DNA of 64,000 nt from an uncultured Lentisphaeraceae bacterium (GTDB taxonomy: Bacteria > Verrucomicrobiota > Kiritimatiellia > RFP12 > UBA1067), in the NCBI GenBank assembly GCA_964482645.1, contig CAYZYQ010000001.1, forward strand, positions 31,271 through 95,270, in the 5' to 3' direction. Each line of letters opens with the position of its first letter. The stretch's first letter is position 1. The notes under the pieces were generated by a model. That model was not told the origin of the DNA. It did no database searches and worked only from the letters and a program-made list of their open reading frames with translations. A program made the position numbers and the translations under genes. This document shows positions 54,232-63,335 of the stretch, piece by piece.

Positions 54232-54338
54232 TGTCAACTGCAAGTTTTGGAATTGTCATTTGTCAGAGTGAATGTACCTATGGCAGTCGCATCTATTCTG
54301 GCAAGCGACCTACAAATGTACGTGTAAAGGCGTTGTGC

Positions 54339-54383
54339 ACTCACGCCACGGGGCGGGCTTCCTGCGGAATCATGAACGCGAGG
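54339..54383. repeat. direct repeat copy 2
   Basis: CACTCACGCCACGGGGCGGGCTTCCTGCGGAATCATGAACGCGAG; 41/41 identical to 57786-57826. Confidence 0.85.
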
Positions 54384-54418
54384 TGACGGGCGACGAATTG
54401 ACTGCGACGAGCTTTTGG

Positions 54419-55684
54419 TTACGCTTTCGTTGAGAACAACTTGTCCAGCTGCCCTCTGACGTCGAGGCCGCCTTCGCTCTTGTACACCGTGGCGTAGAGG
54501 CACGAACCGCCTGACTTCGCCGCCCAGAGGCGGCCGATGGCGTCCTTTTCCAGCGTGTCCCTGGCGTTGCGCAACTGTTCGCCCTTGTATTCGACCGCGA
54601 AGAGGCGTCCGTCGTCAAGGACGCCCACGAAGTCCGGGAAGAACCGCGTGTGCGCCAGCGGCAGCCAGAACGACTCGTCGCACGTGTCGAGATTGCGCAG
54701 CCACGTCCTGACTTTCGGATGGGCGTCAATCAGCTTTGCGCACTCGAACTCTTCGCCCTCGCCGTATTTCAGCTGCCCGTCGAACGCCGGGATGCGGTGC
54801 GTTCCAAGAAAGTGCTTGTTGAAGCGGTAGTTGCCACGGTAAACCTCAAGCATCGTCTGATTGCGATAGAGCGCGTCGTCCAACGCAAAAGCCTTGTCCA
54901 CGTTCAGTTCAACACGATGGACGCTGTCGAAGAACACCGCTTGATAGGCCTTCTTCCGGACGATTCTCGCGGCCTCGGCAATATGGCCGTCGAGACAGTT
55001 TCGCAGTTTGTAGCGGAAGCAGTAGAGCTGTGCCGGCGTGAATCCCCTGGCCGTCACAAGATGATTGACGACCCCGGCGATCCAGCCGCGCATCACCTCC
55101 GGCGGAATCGCATTGTGCCGCGTCAGGGCGGCGAGTTCATTGACCACGTCTCCCGGCGCAAGATCCGTCTTGACCTCTTGCAGGAACGTCATCTGTTCGT
55201 GCGCGAACTGCTGTTTGATTTCATTTCCGTTCAGTTCGAGAACAAACGTTTCGCCCTGTTCCCTTATCTCGAATTCGCCGTCCGGCAGCACGGCGTGGTT
55301 CGCCTCCAGTTCCCTGCCCAGATCCTCGCCCGCCAGTTCCTCCGCCTCTTCGCCGTCGAAGCAGAGTTCGCCCTGGACGTCTGCGCAGAGTTTTGGAAAC
55401 GTCATCTTGACGGAGTTCGCGGGAACGGCCTCGACGGCCTCTGACTTCTTCTCTGCGACCTTCTTCAGGAATTGGGCGGCGAGTGCGGTCTGGCCGTTTT
55501 CATGCAGGAGGTTCGCGATTTTGGATGCGGATGCCTCGGAGATGTCCGCCCTTACCGCAATCGTCCCCGAACCGTCGGCGTTCGCTGTCACCTCGACGTC
55601 TTCGGGCATTTCGGCGGCAATGGCCTCGTACACTGGAGTTTTGGAGTTCGGGAGACGCGAGGGTGTTCCGCAATTCTCCCCCAA
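54419..55684 (-). CDS. PD-(D/E)xK restriction-endonuclease-like domain protein (possibly truncated)
   Basis: C-terminal FFPDFVGVLDDGRLFAVEYKGEQL shows D...E-x-K nuclease core similar to type III restriction Res C-terminal domains; no helicase motifs in N-terminal half. Confidence 0.5.
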   Translation of the reverse strand: MGENCGTPSRLPNSKTPVYEAIAAEMPEDVEVTANADGSGTIAVRADISEASASKIANLLHENGQTALAAQFLKKVAEKKSEAVEAVPANSVKMTFPKLCADVQGELCFDGEEAEELAGEDLGRELEANHAVLPDGEFEIREQGETFVLELNGNEIKQQFAHEQMTFLQEVKTDLAPGDVVNELAALTRHNAIPPEVMRGWIAGVVNHLVTARGFTPAQLYCFRYKLRNCLDGHIAEAARIVRKKAYQAVFFDSVHRVELNVDKAFALDDALYRNQTMLEVYRGNYRFNKHFLGTHRIPAFDGQLKYGEGEEFECAKLIDAHPKVRTWLRNLDTCDESFWLPLAHTRFFPDFVGVLDDGRLFAVEYKGEQLRNARDTLEKDAIGRLWAAKSGGSCLYATVYKSEGGLDVRGQLDKLFSTKA

Positions 55685-55931
55685 GCCTCCGAAACTCCAC
55701 GCGGCGAAAGCAACACCTCCCCTACGGCATCTGCTCGCCGGCGATTTCTTCGAGGGTGTGTATCGGACGCGCTCCGCGTTCCCGCAGCCGAATTTTCACT
55801 TGGCGCAAAGCGAAAACAGCGACGTCGCCCTTTGTTTACAGGGGTTCGGCGATTCTCTTGCCCGAAAAATTGGGGAATCTCCAAAGGTGATGATAGTACG
55901 CTGCACCAGTCACTCCCATAATATTGCCGAA

Positions 55932-56591
55932 TTACAAAAGCTCCCAAGTGAAAATAACGGAGTCAGAAACGTCAAGGTCGTCAGGATTGATGTCTGGTAC
56001 AGAACAAGCAGACGCCTCTTGCCAACAACCCAGAACTTCAATTCTAGTCCTTCTATACACATTTAACTCATGCCACGAATAGTTAATGTTTATAATGTCG
56101 CCAAGCTTCTTGCCAACACCACGACTGAGTCCTTCGGCAATCTTACGGGCGTTCTCGGAGGCCTTAGCGAACAATTCAGCTTGTACAAACGAAGCGTCTT
56201 TCACCGTAAATCGAACTTCAAACTCAGGATTGACACCGGACTTTACAATGCCCCCCAGAATTGCACCTATCATTTCGCGGCTGAAATCAAAACCAAACTT
56301 GAGTTTTTGGTGAATCTTGTATCCAGCAAACACACGCTTCTTTGTGCGTTCACCATTCGCATCATCAATCCACTCCCATTCAGTATCGACATCAAAATCC
56401 GTGGTTCGCAAATCCTCGGCATCGACATTGACTTCTTTCAATGCATTTTGCAGAAATTGAATCTTGTGTGCCGCATCGGACATACAATTCGAATAATCAT
56501 GGCCGCGTGTCACTATGTCGATAAGAATATTGACATAATCCGGCTTTACTTTCACATTTGCCGCACTGCGGACAGTTATTTCTTTTCTCAT
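55932..56591 (-). CDS. SIMPL (DUF541) domain protein
   Basis: N-terminus MRKEITVRSAANVKVKPDYVNILIDIVTRG matches the SIMPL-domain start; low-GC codon usage unlike host. Confidence 0.55.
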   Translation of the reverse strand: MRKEITVRSAANVKVKPDYVNILIDIVTRGHDYSNCMSDAAHKIQFLQNALKEVNVDAEDLRTTDFDVDTEWEWIDDANGERTKKRVFAGYKIHQKLKFGFDFSREMIGAILGGIVKSGVNPEFEVRFTVKDASFVQAELFAKASENARKIAEGLSRGVGKKLGDIININYSWHELNVYRRTRIEVLGCWQEASACSVPDINPDDLDVSDSVIFTWELL

Positions 56592-57785
56592 TGCCTCTAC
56601 TCCTTTTTTAGTTAAACAATGTCACTACCATGCAATAGTGATGGTGTGATGTGAGTAAAAAAGTCGTTGCCTTCAGGTCGCTTTCCCGTGTACCATACAC
56701 GGTGTCATGAAAGAACCCTGAAAGCAACGACGAAGAGAATGATACCAATTCTGGCGCAGATAGTCCAACATACTTGCCAGGATACAAAATCGAGGAACTC
56801 GCGGCCGAAGAGAAAATCAAGGCCAGGGAGTTTTCCTGCTCCGCGCAGGTGTACCTGTTGATGCTCGGCCAGCTTGCGCATGTCTTCTCTTTGAATGAAC
56901 TCGTCGACCCCTCGACGATATTCTCCGGGGAGCTCCGCCACATACGCGGCATCGAGGCCGTGAAGCTCACGACGTTCTCCCACGCCAACAGGACGCGGGC
57001 GAATGGCAGATATGGGCGGCGATGCTGACGCATCTTGTCCTGTACTACATCAAATGGAAGAACAAGGTGGTTTCCTCGTATACGCGGTTCGCGGCGATGA
57101 TCAAGAACACCATCTGGTTGAAGCGCCCTCTTGAGGCGGGGATCAATTTATATTGCAGAACACCTGGCCAAAGCAGCCCTCCGCCAGACCGCAGCATGCC
57201 GTATTTGCCGGGGTTTGAGCGGCTTGCCATTGGATAGCACCCGGCGACAATTGCAACGACAACGGCGTCTATCGCATGACATAAACACACTCACATTGAA
57301 AATCGCCTTGCGAAACTGTCGCTTTGGGCCGAAAAACCACCTAATACGCTATCCGTTCGCATAGTTTTGGAACCCTGTTGTATGGTATTGGAGATGCGAG
57401 GTCGTTCCACAATTCCCTCGAACTCCGGGACTCCAGAACTTCCGCAACGAAAGCAACAAACTTCCGCGCCCGCATGATGCAACCCGGCGCGACAGGGACG
57501 TCGCGCCCTACTGGATGGGCAGACGCCCCGCCATGCGGTAGCCGAACAGACGTTCCGCCATTCGGCAGGGCGTGCAGATGTTTCGCCATTCGGTAGGGCG
57601 GGGCGTCCCGCCCCGCCGTTGACGTGCGCGACGGGGAACTTGCCGACGATGCGGCCGGCCTTGACGAAGAATCTTCAGCTCATGGTCGTCGCGCTGGAAT
57701 GTTTCGTCCGCAAAAAAAAAGGGGATCCTCCAAAACATGTGCATCTTCCCAAAGCCAATGCGCCCGAAATCCGGAATAGCTGTAC

Positions 57786-57830
57786 ACTCACGCCACGGGG
57801 CGGGCTTCCTGCGGAATCATGAACGCAAGG
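57786..57830. repeat. direct repeat copy 3 (forms the 3' end of antiporter gene)
   Basis: CACTCACGCCACGGGGCGGGCTTCCTGCGGAATCATGAACGCAAG. Confidence 0.85.
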
Positions 57831-58807
57831 TAGGCGAGGAAGAGAAGAATCCAGAGGGCGCCTTCCAGACGGTTGATCGTACCGTCCTTCTTGGGATTGC
57901 GGAAGTTGAGGCCGAAGACGGCGATGAGAATCGAGAAGAACGTCATGACGGGCAAGTCGCGCGTCAGGATGTAGCCGGAAAATCCGCTGAACGGCGAAAT
58001 CGATCCGGCAACGCCCACGACGACGAGCGCGTTGAAGAAGTTCGAGCCGACGATGTTGCCGACGACGAACTCGTTTTCGCCTCTCCGTGCCGAGGCGATT
58101 GACGACGCCAGTTCCGGCAGGGACGTGCCGGCCGCCACGATGGTCAGGCCGATGAGGAGTTCGCTCACGTGCAGAACGTCGCGCGCGAAGTCCACGCATC
58201 CCCACACCATGACGTGGGACGAAAGGACGAGGATTGCCAACCCGAGAACGAGGCGCGTCCATTCGCGAATGCCGCTGAACGGCACGGTAGGCGTTGGCGC
58301 GGCGACGGGTTCGGCTGCGGTGAGGGGCTTAGCCTCCCGTTGGTCGTACCAGCAGTAGATGGGCATCAGAACCGCGAACGCCACAAGCAGGCCAAGGGCG
58401 TTGAAACGGTCGAACGAGCCGTCTCGCACGGCCCACCAGGAAAGGACGGACGTGATGAGCAACAGGGGGACGGCAAACCAGTTGACCGACGACTTCACCT
58501 TGATGGGCCAGAAGAGGGCCGTCACGCCGAGGATGATGCCGATGTTGAAAATGTTGCTGCCGTAGGCATTGCCCAGCGACAAGTCGGCATGGCCGCTCGC
58601 GCTTGCAATGGCCGAGACGGCCATTTCTGGCGCACTCGTGCCGAAGCCGATGATGACCATGCCGACAATGAGCGGCGAAAGGCCGAAATGACGAGCAAGG
58701 ACGCTGGCCGCGTCCACGAACACGTCCGCACTCTTTGCGAGGACGAAAAGACCACCGATGATGAAGATGAGTGACAGGATGAGGGGGATGTCTGTACTGA
58801 TACTCAT
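57788..58807 (-). CDS. Ca2+/Na+ antiporter (CaCA/YrbG family)
   Basis: Duplicated alpha-repeat motifs GTSAPEMAVS and GTSLPELASS; about 10 TM; AAGGAG RBS before ATG 58807. Confidence 0.85.
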   Translation of the reverse strand: MSISTDIPLILSLIFIIGGLFVLAKSADVFVDAASVLARHFGLSPLIVGMVIIGFGTSAPEMAVSAIASASGHADLSLGNAYGSNIFNIGIILGVTALFWPIKVKSSVNWFAVPLLLITSVLSWWAVRDGSFDRFNALGLLVAFAVLMPIYCWYDQREAKPLTAAEPVAAPTPTVPFSGIREWTRLVLGLAILVLSSHVMVWGCVDFARDVLHVSELLIGLTIVAAGTSLPELASSIASARRGENEFVVGNIVGSNFFNALVVVGVAGSISPFSGFSGYILTRDLPVMTFFSILIAVFGLNFRNPKKDGTINRLEGALWILLFLAYLAFMIPQEARPVA

Positions 58808-58870
58808 GTTTGTACCTTCTCCTTCGTTTGGTTTTCTTGTGAAAGGGGCGGCTCGTCCGAATGACAAGCT

Positions 58871-58958
58871 TGGCGGAGAGAGAGGGATTCGAACCCCCGA
58901 AGCCTTGCGGCTCGCCGGTTTTCAAGACCGGTGCATTCAACCACTCTGCCATCTCTCC
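58871..58958 (-). tRNA. tRNA-Ser (anticodon TGA)
   Basis: Reverse complement GGAGAGATGGCAGAGTGGTTGAATGCACCGGTCTTGAAAACCGGCGAGCCGCAAGGCTTCGGGGGTTCGAATCCCTCTCTCTCCGCCA folds as cloverleaf: 7-bp acceptor, anticodon loop CTTGAAA, long variable arm, TTCGAAT T-loop, encoded CCA. Confidence 0.85.
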
Positions 58959-59186
58959 AGCGCACGGATGAAAGTACGAGATAGTCTACACGATTTTGTC
59001 GTCCGATGCCAATGAAAACAACTTAATCTTTTGGCAATGTTTCGCACTGTTGTTTTCGGTAGGGAACTCCCATTCCCCACACCACGAGATTTATATAAAT
59101 CCGGTGGTGCGGATTCTATTCTGCTCCCGTCCGGCGATGATTTATGGTAGAATTTTCGCCTGTCTTAATTGGAAGGACTGTAAGTC

Positions 59187-61169
59187 ATGCATAGATTTTT
59201 TGCGTTGGTTTGTTCGTTGTCGGCAGTGGCCGTGTCCGCTGCGGATTGGCATGTGGACGCTGCGGCGGGTAATGACGCGGCCGACGGGTTGACGCCAGCC
59301 ACGGCGTTGCGGACGTTGGCGGCCATCAACAAGGCTCCGGTACAGCCGGGCGACCGCGTCCTCTTCAAGCGCGGCGGCCTGTGGCGCGGTTCGTTGACGC
59401 CGAAAAGCGGCGAACCCGGCAAGCCTGTCGTCTACGGTTCGTATGGTGTCGGCCCGAAGCCGATTCTCCAGAAATCGGCGGATCGGTCGCGTCCCGAGGA
59501 CTGGGTGGAAGTCGAACCCGGCATCTGGGCGACGCGGGTCAACGAGAACAAGGTGTACGAACAGGTCTGGGACGGTGCGGATTGCCAGGGCTGGTCGGGG
59601 TCGTTCCAGGAGGGCGTGAAGGGCTTTGTGAAGCGCGTCGCGTCGCCCGACGAGGGCACGTTCGTCCGCGTGGTCTGCACGGAACAGCCGAAACGCGCGA
59701 ACCATCTCATCCAGATCTGGGGGCCGAAGGTCGACAACTTGCCGGAGGCGGTGATGATGAAGATGAAGGTGCGGGCCACGAAGCCGTTCGCAATCGAGCA
59801 GATCGGCCTGTCGCTCAACCACCCGCCGTGGACGTACGGGCTGCGCGGCGCCGTGCAGGGAGAGGGGGAGGCGTCCGCCGAACTTGGCTCCGCGTGGAAG
59901 ACCGTCTGGGTGCCGATGGCCCGTAAGGACGCCATTGCCGATTTGCATTTCCATTTTTCGATTGGCGACCTGATGCCCGTTGGCTGTACGTTCGATTTCG
60001 TGCCGCTGGGGTTGTGGCGCATGGAGTCCGATCCGCGCGCGACGCTGCCGTATGACGTGGGCATTTTCATCGCCGACCACGGAAAGGCGTGGGGTGTGAA
60101 GAAGTGGTCGCGTGACGCGCTGAAAAAGCCGCTCGACTACTGGGACGACCGTCCGCACGAGCGCGTGTTCGTCCGCCACGACGGCAATCCGGCGGCCGCG
60201 TTCGCGAGCATCGAACTTGCGTTCACTTCGCACATCGTCCAGCAGGGCGGTTGCCACGACGTCGTCTACGACGGCCTTTGCGTTCGCTACGGCGGCGCCC
60301 ACGGCTGGGGCGGCGGCAGCACGCGCAACATCGTCATTCGGAATTGCGACATCTACTGGATCGGCGGTGGCCTCCAGTACTGGAAGACGCGCCCGAACGG
60401 CACGCGCTATCCCGTCCGTTTCGGCAACGGCATCGAGTTCTGGGGGCACTGCGTGAACAATCTCGTGGAGCGCAACCGCGTGTGGCAGATCTACGACGCG
60501 GCGCTCACGAACCAGACGAACGGCGATCCGCGCCCGGAGACGGACGTGATCTGGCGCGACAACGTGATCTGGCAGGCCGAGTATTCCTACGAGTACTGGA
60601 ACCACGATCTGCGTTCGCACACGGCCAACGTTCTCTTCGAACACAACACGTGCATCGACGCGGGCTATTGCTACAGCCACGACCAGCGGCCCGACGTCAA
60701 TGGCGCCCATCTGATGTTCTACGACAACGCCGCGCCGACGACGAATTTCGTCGTGCGCAACAACGTGTTCGTGCGCACGACCGACCGCTCCACGCGAATG
60801 TTCAACGACTGGCGGGCGAAGGACGGCTCGAACGTCGGTCTGACGATGGATCACAATCTCTACTTCATTCCGGAGAACAAGATCTACGAGTACCACGTCA
60901 ACGGACGCGAAAAGGCGCAGAAGAAGGAGGGCATTCGCCTGACGCCCGCCTGCTACGGCGCGGGCGCGGAGGCGTTCGCCAAATACGTCGCGGAGATGGG
61001 ACTCGACGCCGGCAGCGTCTACGGCGAACCGCAGTTCGTCGACGAGGCGAAGCGCGACTATCGTCTCAAGCCCGGCTCGTTCGGCTCGAACCTTGCGACG
61101 GACGGCGGCCCGCTCGGGGCGCGGAACATGCCCGGCCTGGATGAAGACCAGTCGCGTCCGATGAAGTGA
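59187..61169 (+). CDS. secreted right-handed parallel beta-helix (pectate-lyase-fold) protein
   Basis: Signal peptide MHRFFALVCSLSAVAVSAA; repeated NxVxxN/beta-helix rungs (NIVIRNCDIYWIGGG, NNLVERNRVWQIYD, NFVVRNNVFVRT). Confidence 0.75.
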   Translation: MHRFFALVCSLSAVAVSAADWHVDAAAGNDAADGLTPATALRTLAAINKAPVQPGDRVLFKRGGLWRGSLTPKSGEPGKPVVYGSYGVGPKPILQKSADRSRPEDWVEVEPGIWATRVNENKVYEQVWDGADCQGWSGSFQEGVKGFVKRVASPDEGTFVRVVCTEQPKRANHLIQIWGPKVDNLPEAVMMKMKVRATKPFAIEQIGLSLNHPPWTYGLRGAVQGEGEASAELGSAWKTVWVPMARKDAIADLHFHFSIGDLMPVGCTFDFVPLGLWRMESDPRATLPYDVGIFIADHGKAWGVKKWSRDALKKPLDYWDDRPHERVFVRHDGNPAAAFASIELAFTSHIVQQGGCHDVVYDGLCVRYGGAHGWGGGSTRNIVIRNCDIYWIGGGLQYWKTRPNGTRYPVRFGNGIEFWGHCVNNLVERNRVWQIYDAALTNQTNGDPRPETDVIWRDNVIWQAEYSYEYWNHDLRSHTANVLFEHNTCIDAGYCYSHDQRPDVNGAHLMFYDNAAPTTNFVVRNNVFVRTTDRSTRMFNDWRAKDGSNVGLTMDHNLYFIPENKIYEYHVNGREKAQKKEGIRLTPACYGAGAEAFAKYVAEMGLDAGSVYGEPQFVDEAKRDYRLKPGSFGSNLATDGGPLGARNMPGLDEDQSRPMK

Positions 61170-61210
61170 ACGTGTCGATGCGCCTGACCGAGAAGAAAGA
61201 AGCAGGGAAC

Positions 61211-61735
61211 ATGAAGAAGCTTGAAGACTACATCCGGACGATTCGCGATTTTCCGAAGCCGGGCATTCTCTTTCGCGACGTGACGGGCGTGATGGCAGAT
61301 CCGTTCGGTTTCCAACTGGCGCTTGAATCCTATTGCGACGCGCTGGACGGTACAGCGTTCGACGTCGTGGCGGGCGTCGAATCGCGCGGGTTCATTTTTG
61401 GTGCGCCGTTGGCGTTGCGTCTGGGCAAGTCCTTCCTACCCGTCCGCAAGGCGGGAAAACTACCAGGGCGGACGCTGTCCGAATCCTACGATTTGGAGTA
61501 CGGGCGCGCGACGTTGCAAGTCCATGCGGATGACGTCAAGACGGGCGCGCGCGTGGTGGTGGTCGATGACTTGCTAGCGACGGGCGGTACGGTTCATGCT
61601 GCCGCGCGACTTATCGAACGGTTGGGCGCACACGTGGTGAAGTATGTGTTTTTGATCGAACTCGACGACCTTGGCGGACGGAATCGTCTGCCGCCGGGAT
61701 CTGTCGTGTCATTGACGCACTTCCCCGGACACTGA
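61211..61735 (+). CDS. apt: adenine phosphoribosyltransferase
   Basis: PRPP-binding VVVVDDLLATGGT; DFPKPGILFRD N-terminal motif. Confidence 0.9.
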   Translation: MKKLEDYIRTIRDFPKPGILFRDVTGVMADPFGFQLALESYCDALDGTAFDVVAGVESRGFIFGAPLALRLGKSFLPVRKAGKLPGRTLSESYDLEYGRATLQVHADDVKTGARVVVVDDLLATGGTVHAAARLIERLGAHVVKYVFLIELDDLGGRNRLPPGSVVSLTHFPGH

Positions 61736-61766
61736 GCGCGGCGAAACGATTTTGAAAGAAGGTTCC

Positions 61767-63335
61767 ATGAACGAAACAGAAGTTGAATCCGCGAACCGAC
61801 GGGAATGGATTGCCATTCTCGACTACGGTTCGCAGTATACGCAGTTGATCGCGCGGCGCATTCGCGAAAAGCACGTCTATTCCGAAATCATCCGTTTCGA
61901 CACGCCGGCCGAAACATTGCGGGCGCGAATGCCGAAGGGCGTCATTCTTTCGGGTGGCCCGAACAGCGTGTTCGAGGACGGTGCGCCCGGCGTCGACAAG
62001 GAGATTTTCAATCTAGGCGTCCCCGTGCTCGGCATTTGCTACGGGATGCAGTTGATGAGCCAGACATTGGGCGGCCGCGTCCGTCCTGGCGTGTCCCGCG
62101 AGTACGGCAAGACGGAAATGGCGATCCAGCCCGGTAACCGCCTCTTCAAGGGACTGCCGACGAAATCCGTCGTCTGGATGAGCCACGGCGATCGCGTCGA
62201 GGCGATTCCGCCCGGCTTCAAGGTCAGTGCCGTGTCTGACAACTGCCCGTTCGCGGCCATGCGGCACGAGGAGAAAAACTTCTACGGCATTCAGTTCCAC
62301 CCGGAAGTCGTGCATTCACAGTACGGAAACGAGATCCTCCACAACTTCCTCTTTTCGATTTGTGGCTGTCGGGGCGACTGGCAGCTGGCGTCGTGGATCG
62401 ATGAAACGGTGGAGCGTCTCAAAGAACAGATCGGCGACGAGGAAGTCGTGCTCGGATTGTCGGGCGGTGTCGATTCGTCCGTCGTGGCCGTCCTCCTGAA
62501 CAAGGCGATCGGATCGCGTCTCCACTGCATTTTCGTGGACAACGGCCTGTTGCGTTACGAGGAGGATAAACAGGTCGAAGCGATGTTCCGCGCCAAACTC
62601 GGCCTCGACCTTCACGTGGCTCACGCCGCGCCGCGTTTCTACGCCGCACTGAAGGGCGTGAGCGATCCCGAACAGAAGCGGAAGATCATCGGACGCGAGT
62701 TCATCAACGTCTTCGCCGACGAGGCGCGTAAGTTCAAGCACTGCAAGTTCCTCGGCCAAGGGACGATCTATCCGGACGTCATTGAGTCTTCCTCTTCCGT
62801 GAAAGGTCCGTCCCAGACGATCAAGAGCCACCACAACGTAGGCGGTCTGCCGCCCGATCTGAAGTTCGCGCTCGTGGAGCCGTTGCGCGATCTCTTCAAA
62901 GACGAGGTTCGCGCGGTCGGTCGCGTCCTCGGCATGGACGCCGAGCTGCTCGATCGTCAGCCGTTCCCCGGGCCGGGATTGGGCGTCCGCATCCTCGGTG
63001 AAATCACGGAGGAGAAAGTCAAGCTCCTTCAACAGGCCGATCTCCGCGTTCAGGAAGAAGTACGCAAACTGCCCGACTACAAGACGATCTGGCAGACGTT
63101 TGCCGTGCTGTTGCCCGTGAAGAGCGTGGGCGTGATGGGCGACCAACGTACCTACGAGTATACGTGCGTGATTCGCAGTGTGAACTCGATTGACGCAATG
63201 ACGGCGGACTGGACGCGCCTTCCGTACGAGACGCTGGCCACGATGTCCAACCGCATCATCAACGAAGTGCGCGGCATCAACCGCGTCGTCTACGACATTT
63301 CATCCAAACCTCCAGCGACAATCGAGTGGGAATGA
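61767..63335 (+). CDS. guaA: GMP synthase (glutamine-hydrolysing)
   Basis: GATase VLGICYGMQL, PP-loop SGGVDSSV, C-terminal dimerisation domain ending PATIEWE; 522 aa. Confidence 0.95.
   Translation: MNETEVESANRREWIAILDYGSQYTQLIARRIREKHVYSEIIRFDTPAETLRARMPKGVILSGGPNSVFEDGAPGVDKEIFNLGVPVLGICYGMQLMSQTLGGRVRPGVSREYGKTEMAIQPGNRLFKGLPTKSVVWMSHGDRVEAIPPGFKVSAVSDNCPFAAMRHEEKNFYGIQFHPEVVHSQYGNEILHNFLFSICGCRGDWQLASWIDETVERLKEQIGDEEVVLGLSGGVDSSVVAVLLNKAIGSRLHCIFVDNGLLRYEEDKQVEAMFRAKLGLDLHVAHAAPRFYAALKGVSDPEQKRKIIGREFINVFADEARKFKHCKFLGQGTIYPDVIESSSSVKGPSQTIKSHHNVGGLPPDLKFALVEPLRDLFKDEVRAVGRVLGMDAELLDRQPFPGPGLGVRILGEITEEKVKLLQQADLRVQEEVRKLPDYKTIWQTFAVLLPVKSVGVMGDQRTYEYTCVIRSVNSIDAMTADWTRLPYETLATMSNRIINEVRGINRVVYDISSKPPATIEWE

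Larger units (their letters stand above)
42891..54383. mobile_element. putative genomic island A (about 11.5 kb, lower GC, no integrase found) bounded by direct repeat copies 1 and 2
   Basis: Flanking direct repeats; visibly lower GC than neighbouring housekeeping DNA; contains a single eight-gene minus-strand operon unrelated to flanking functions. Confidence 0.45.
54384..57785. mobile_element. putative island B (about 3.4 kb, AT-rich, degraded) between repeat copies 2 and 3
   Basis: Bounded by direct repeats; GC drops markedly (e.g. 55.9-57.3 kb); contains nuclease-like fragment, SIMPL gene and non-coding repeat-rich DNA. Confidence 0.4.

Noticed and set aside
56608-57364. Small ORFs (56608-57033 -, 56705-56983 -, 56774-57028 +, 57022-57237 +, 57045-57290 -, 57131-57364 +)
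   Set aside because: They overlap each other in different frames, have no motifs or ribosome-binding sites and lie in AT-rich, probably decaying DNA. They may be pseudogene remnants but cannot be supported as genes.
58871-58958. tRNA-Ser as the integration target of the islands
   Set aside because: The direct repeats are not derived from the tRNA sequence. The tRNA lies about 1 kb beyond repeat copy 3, with the antiporter gene in between. The att-like repeat instead corresponds to the recD2 and antiporter 3' ends.
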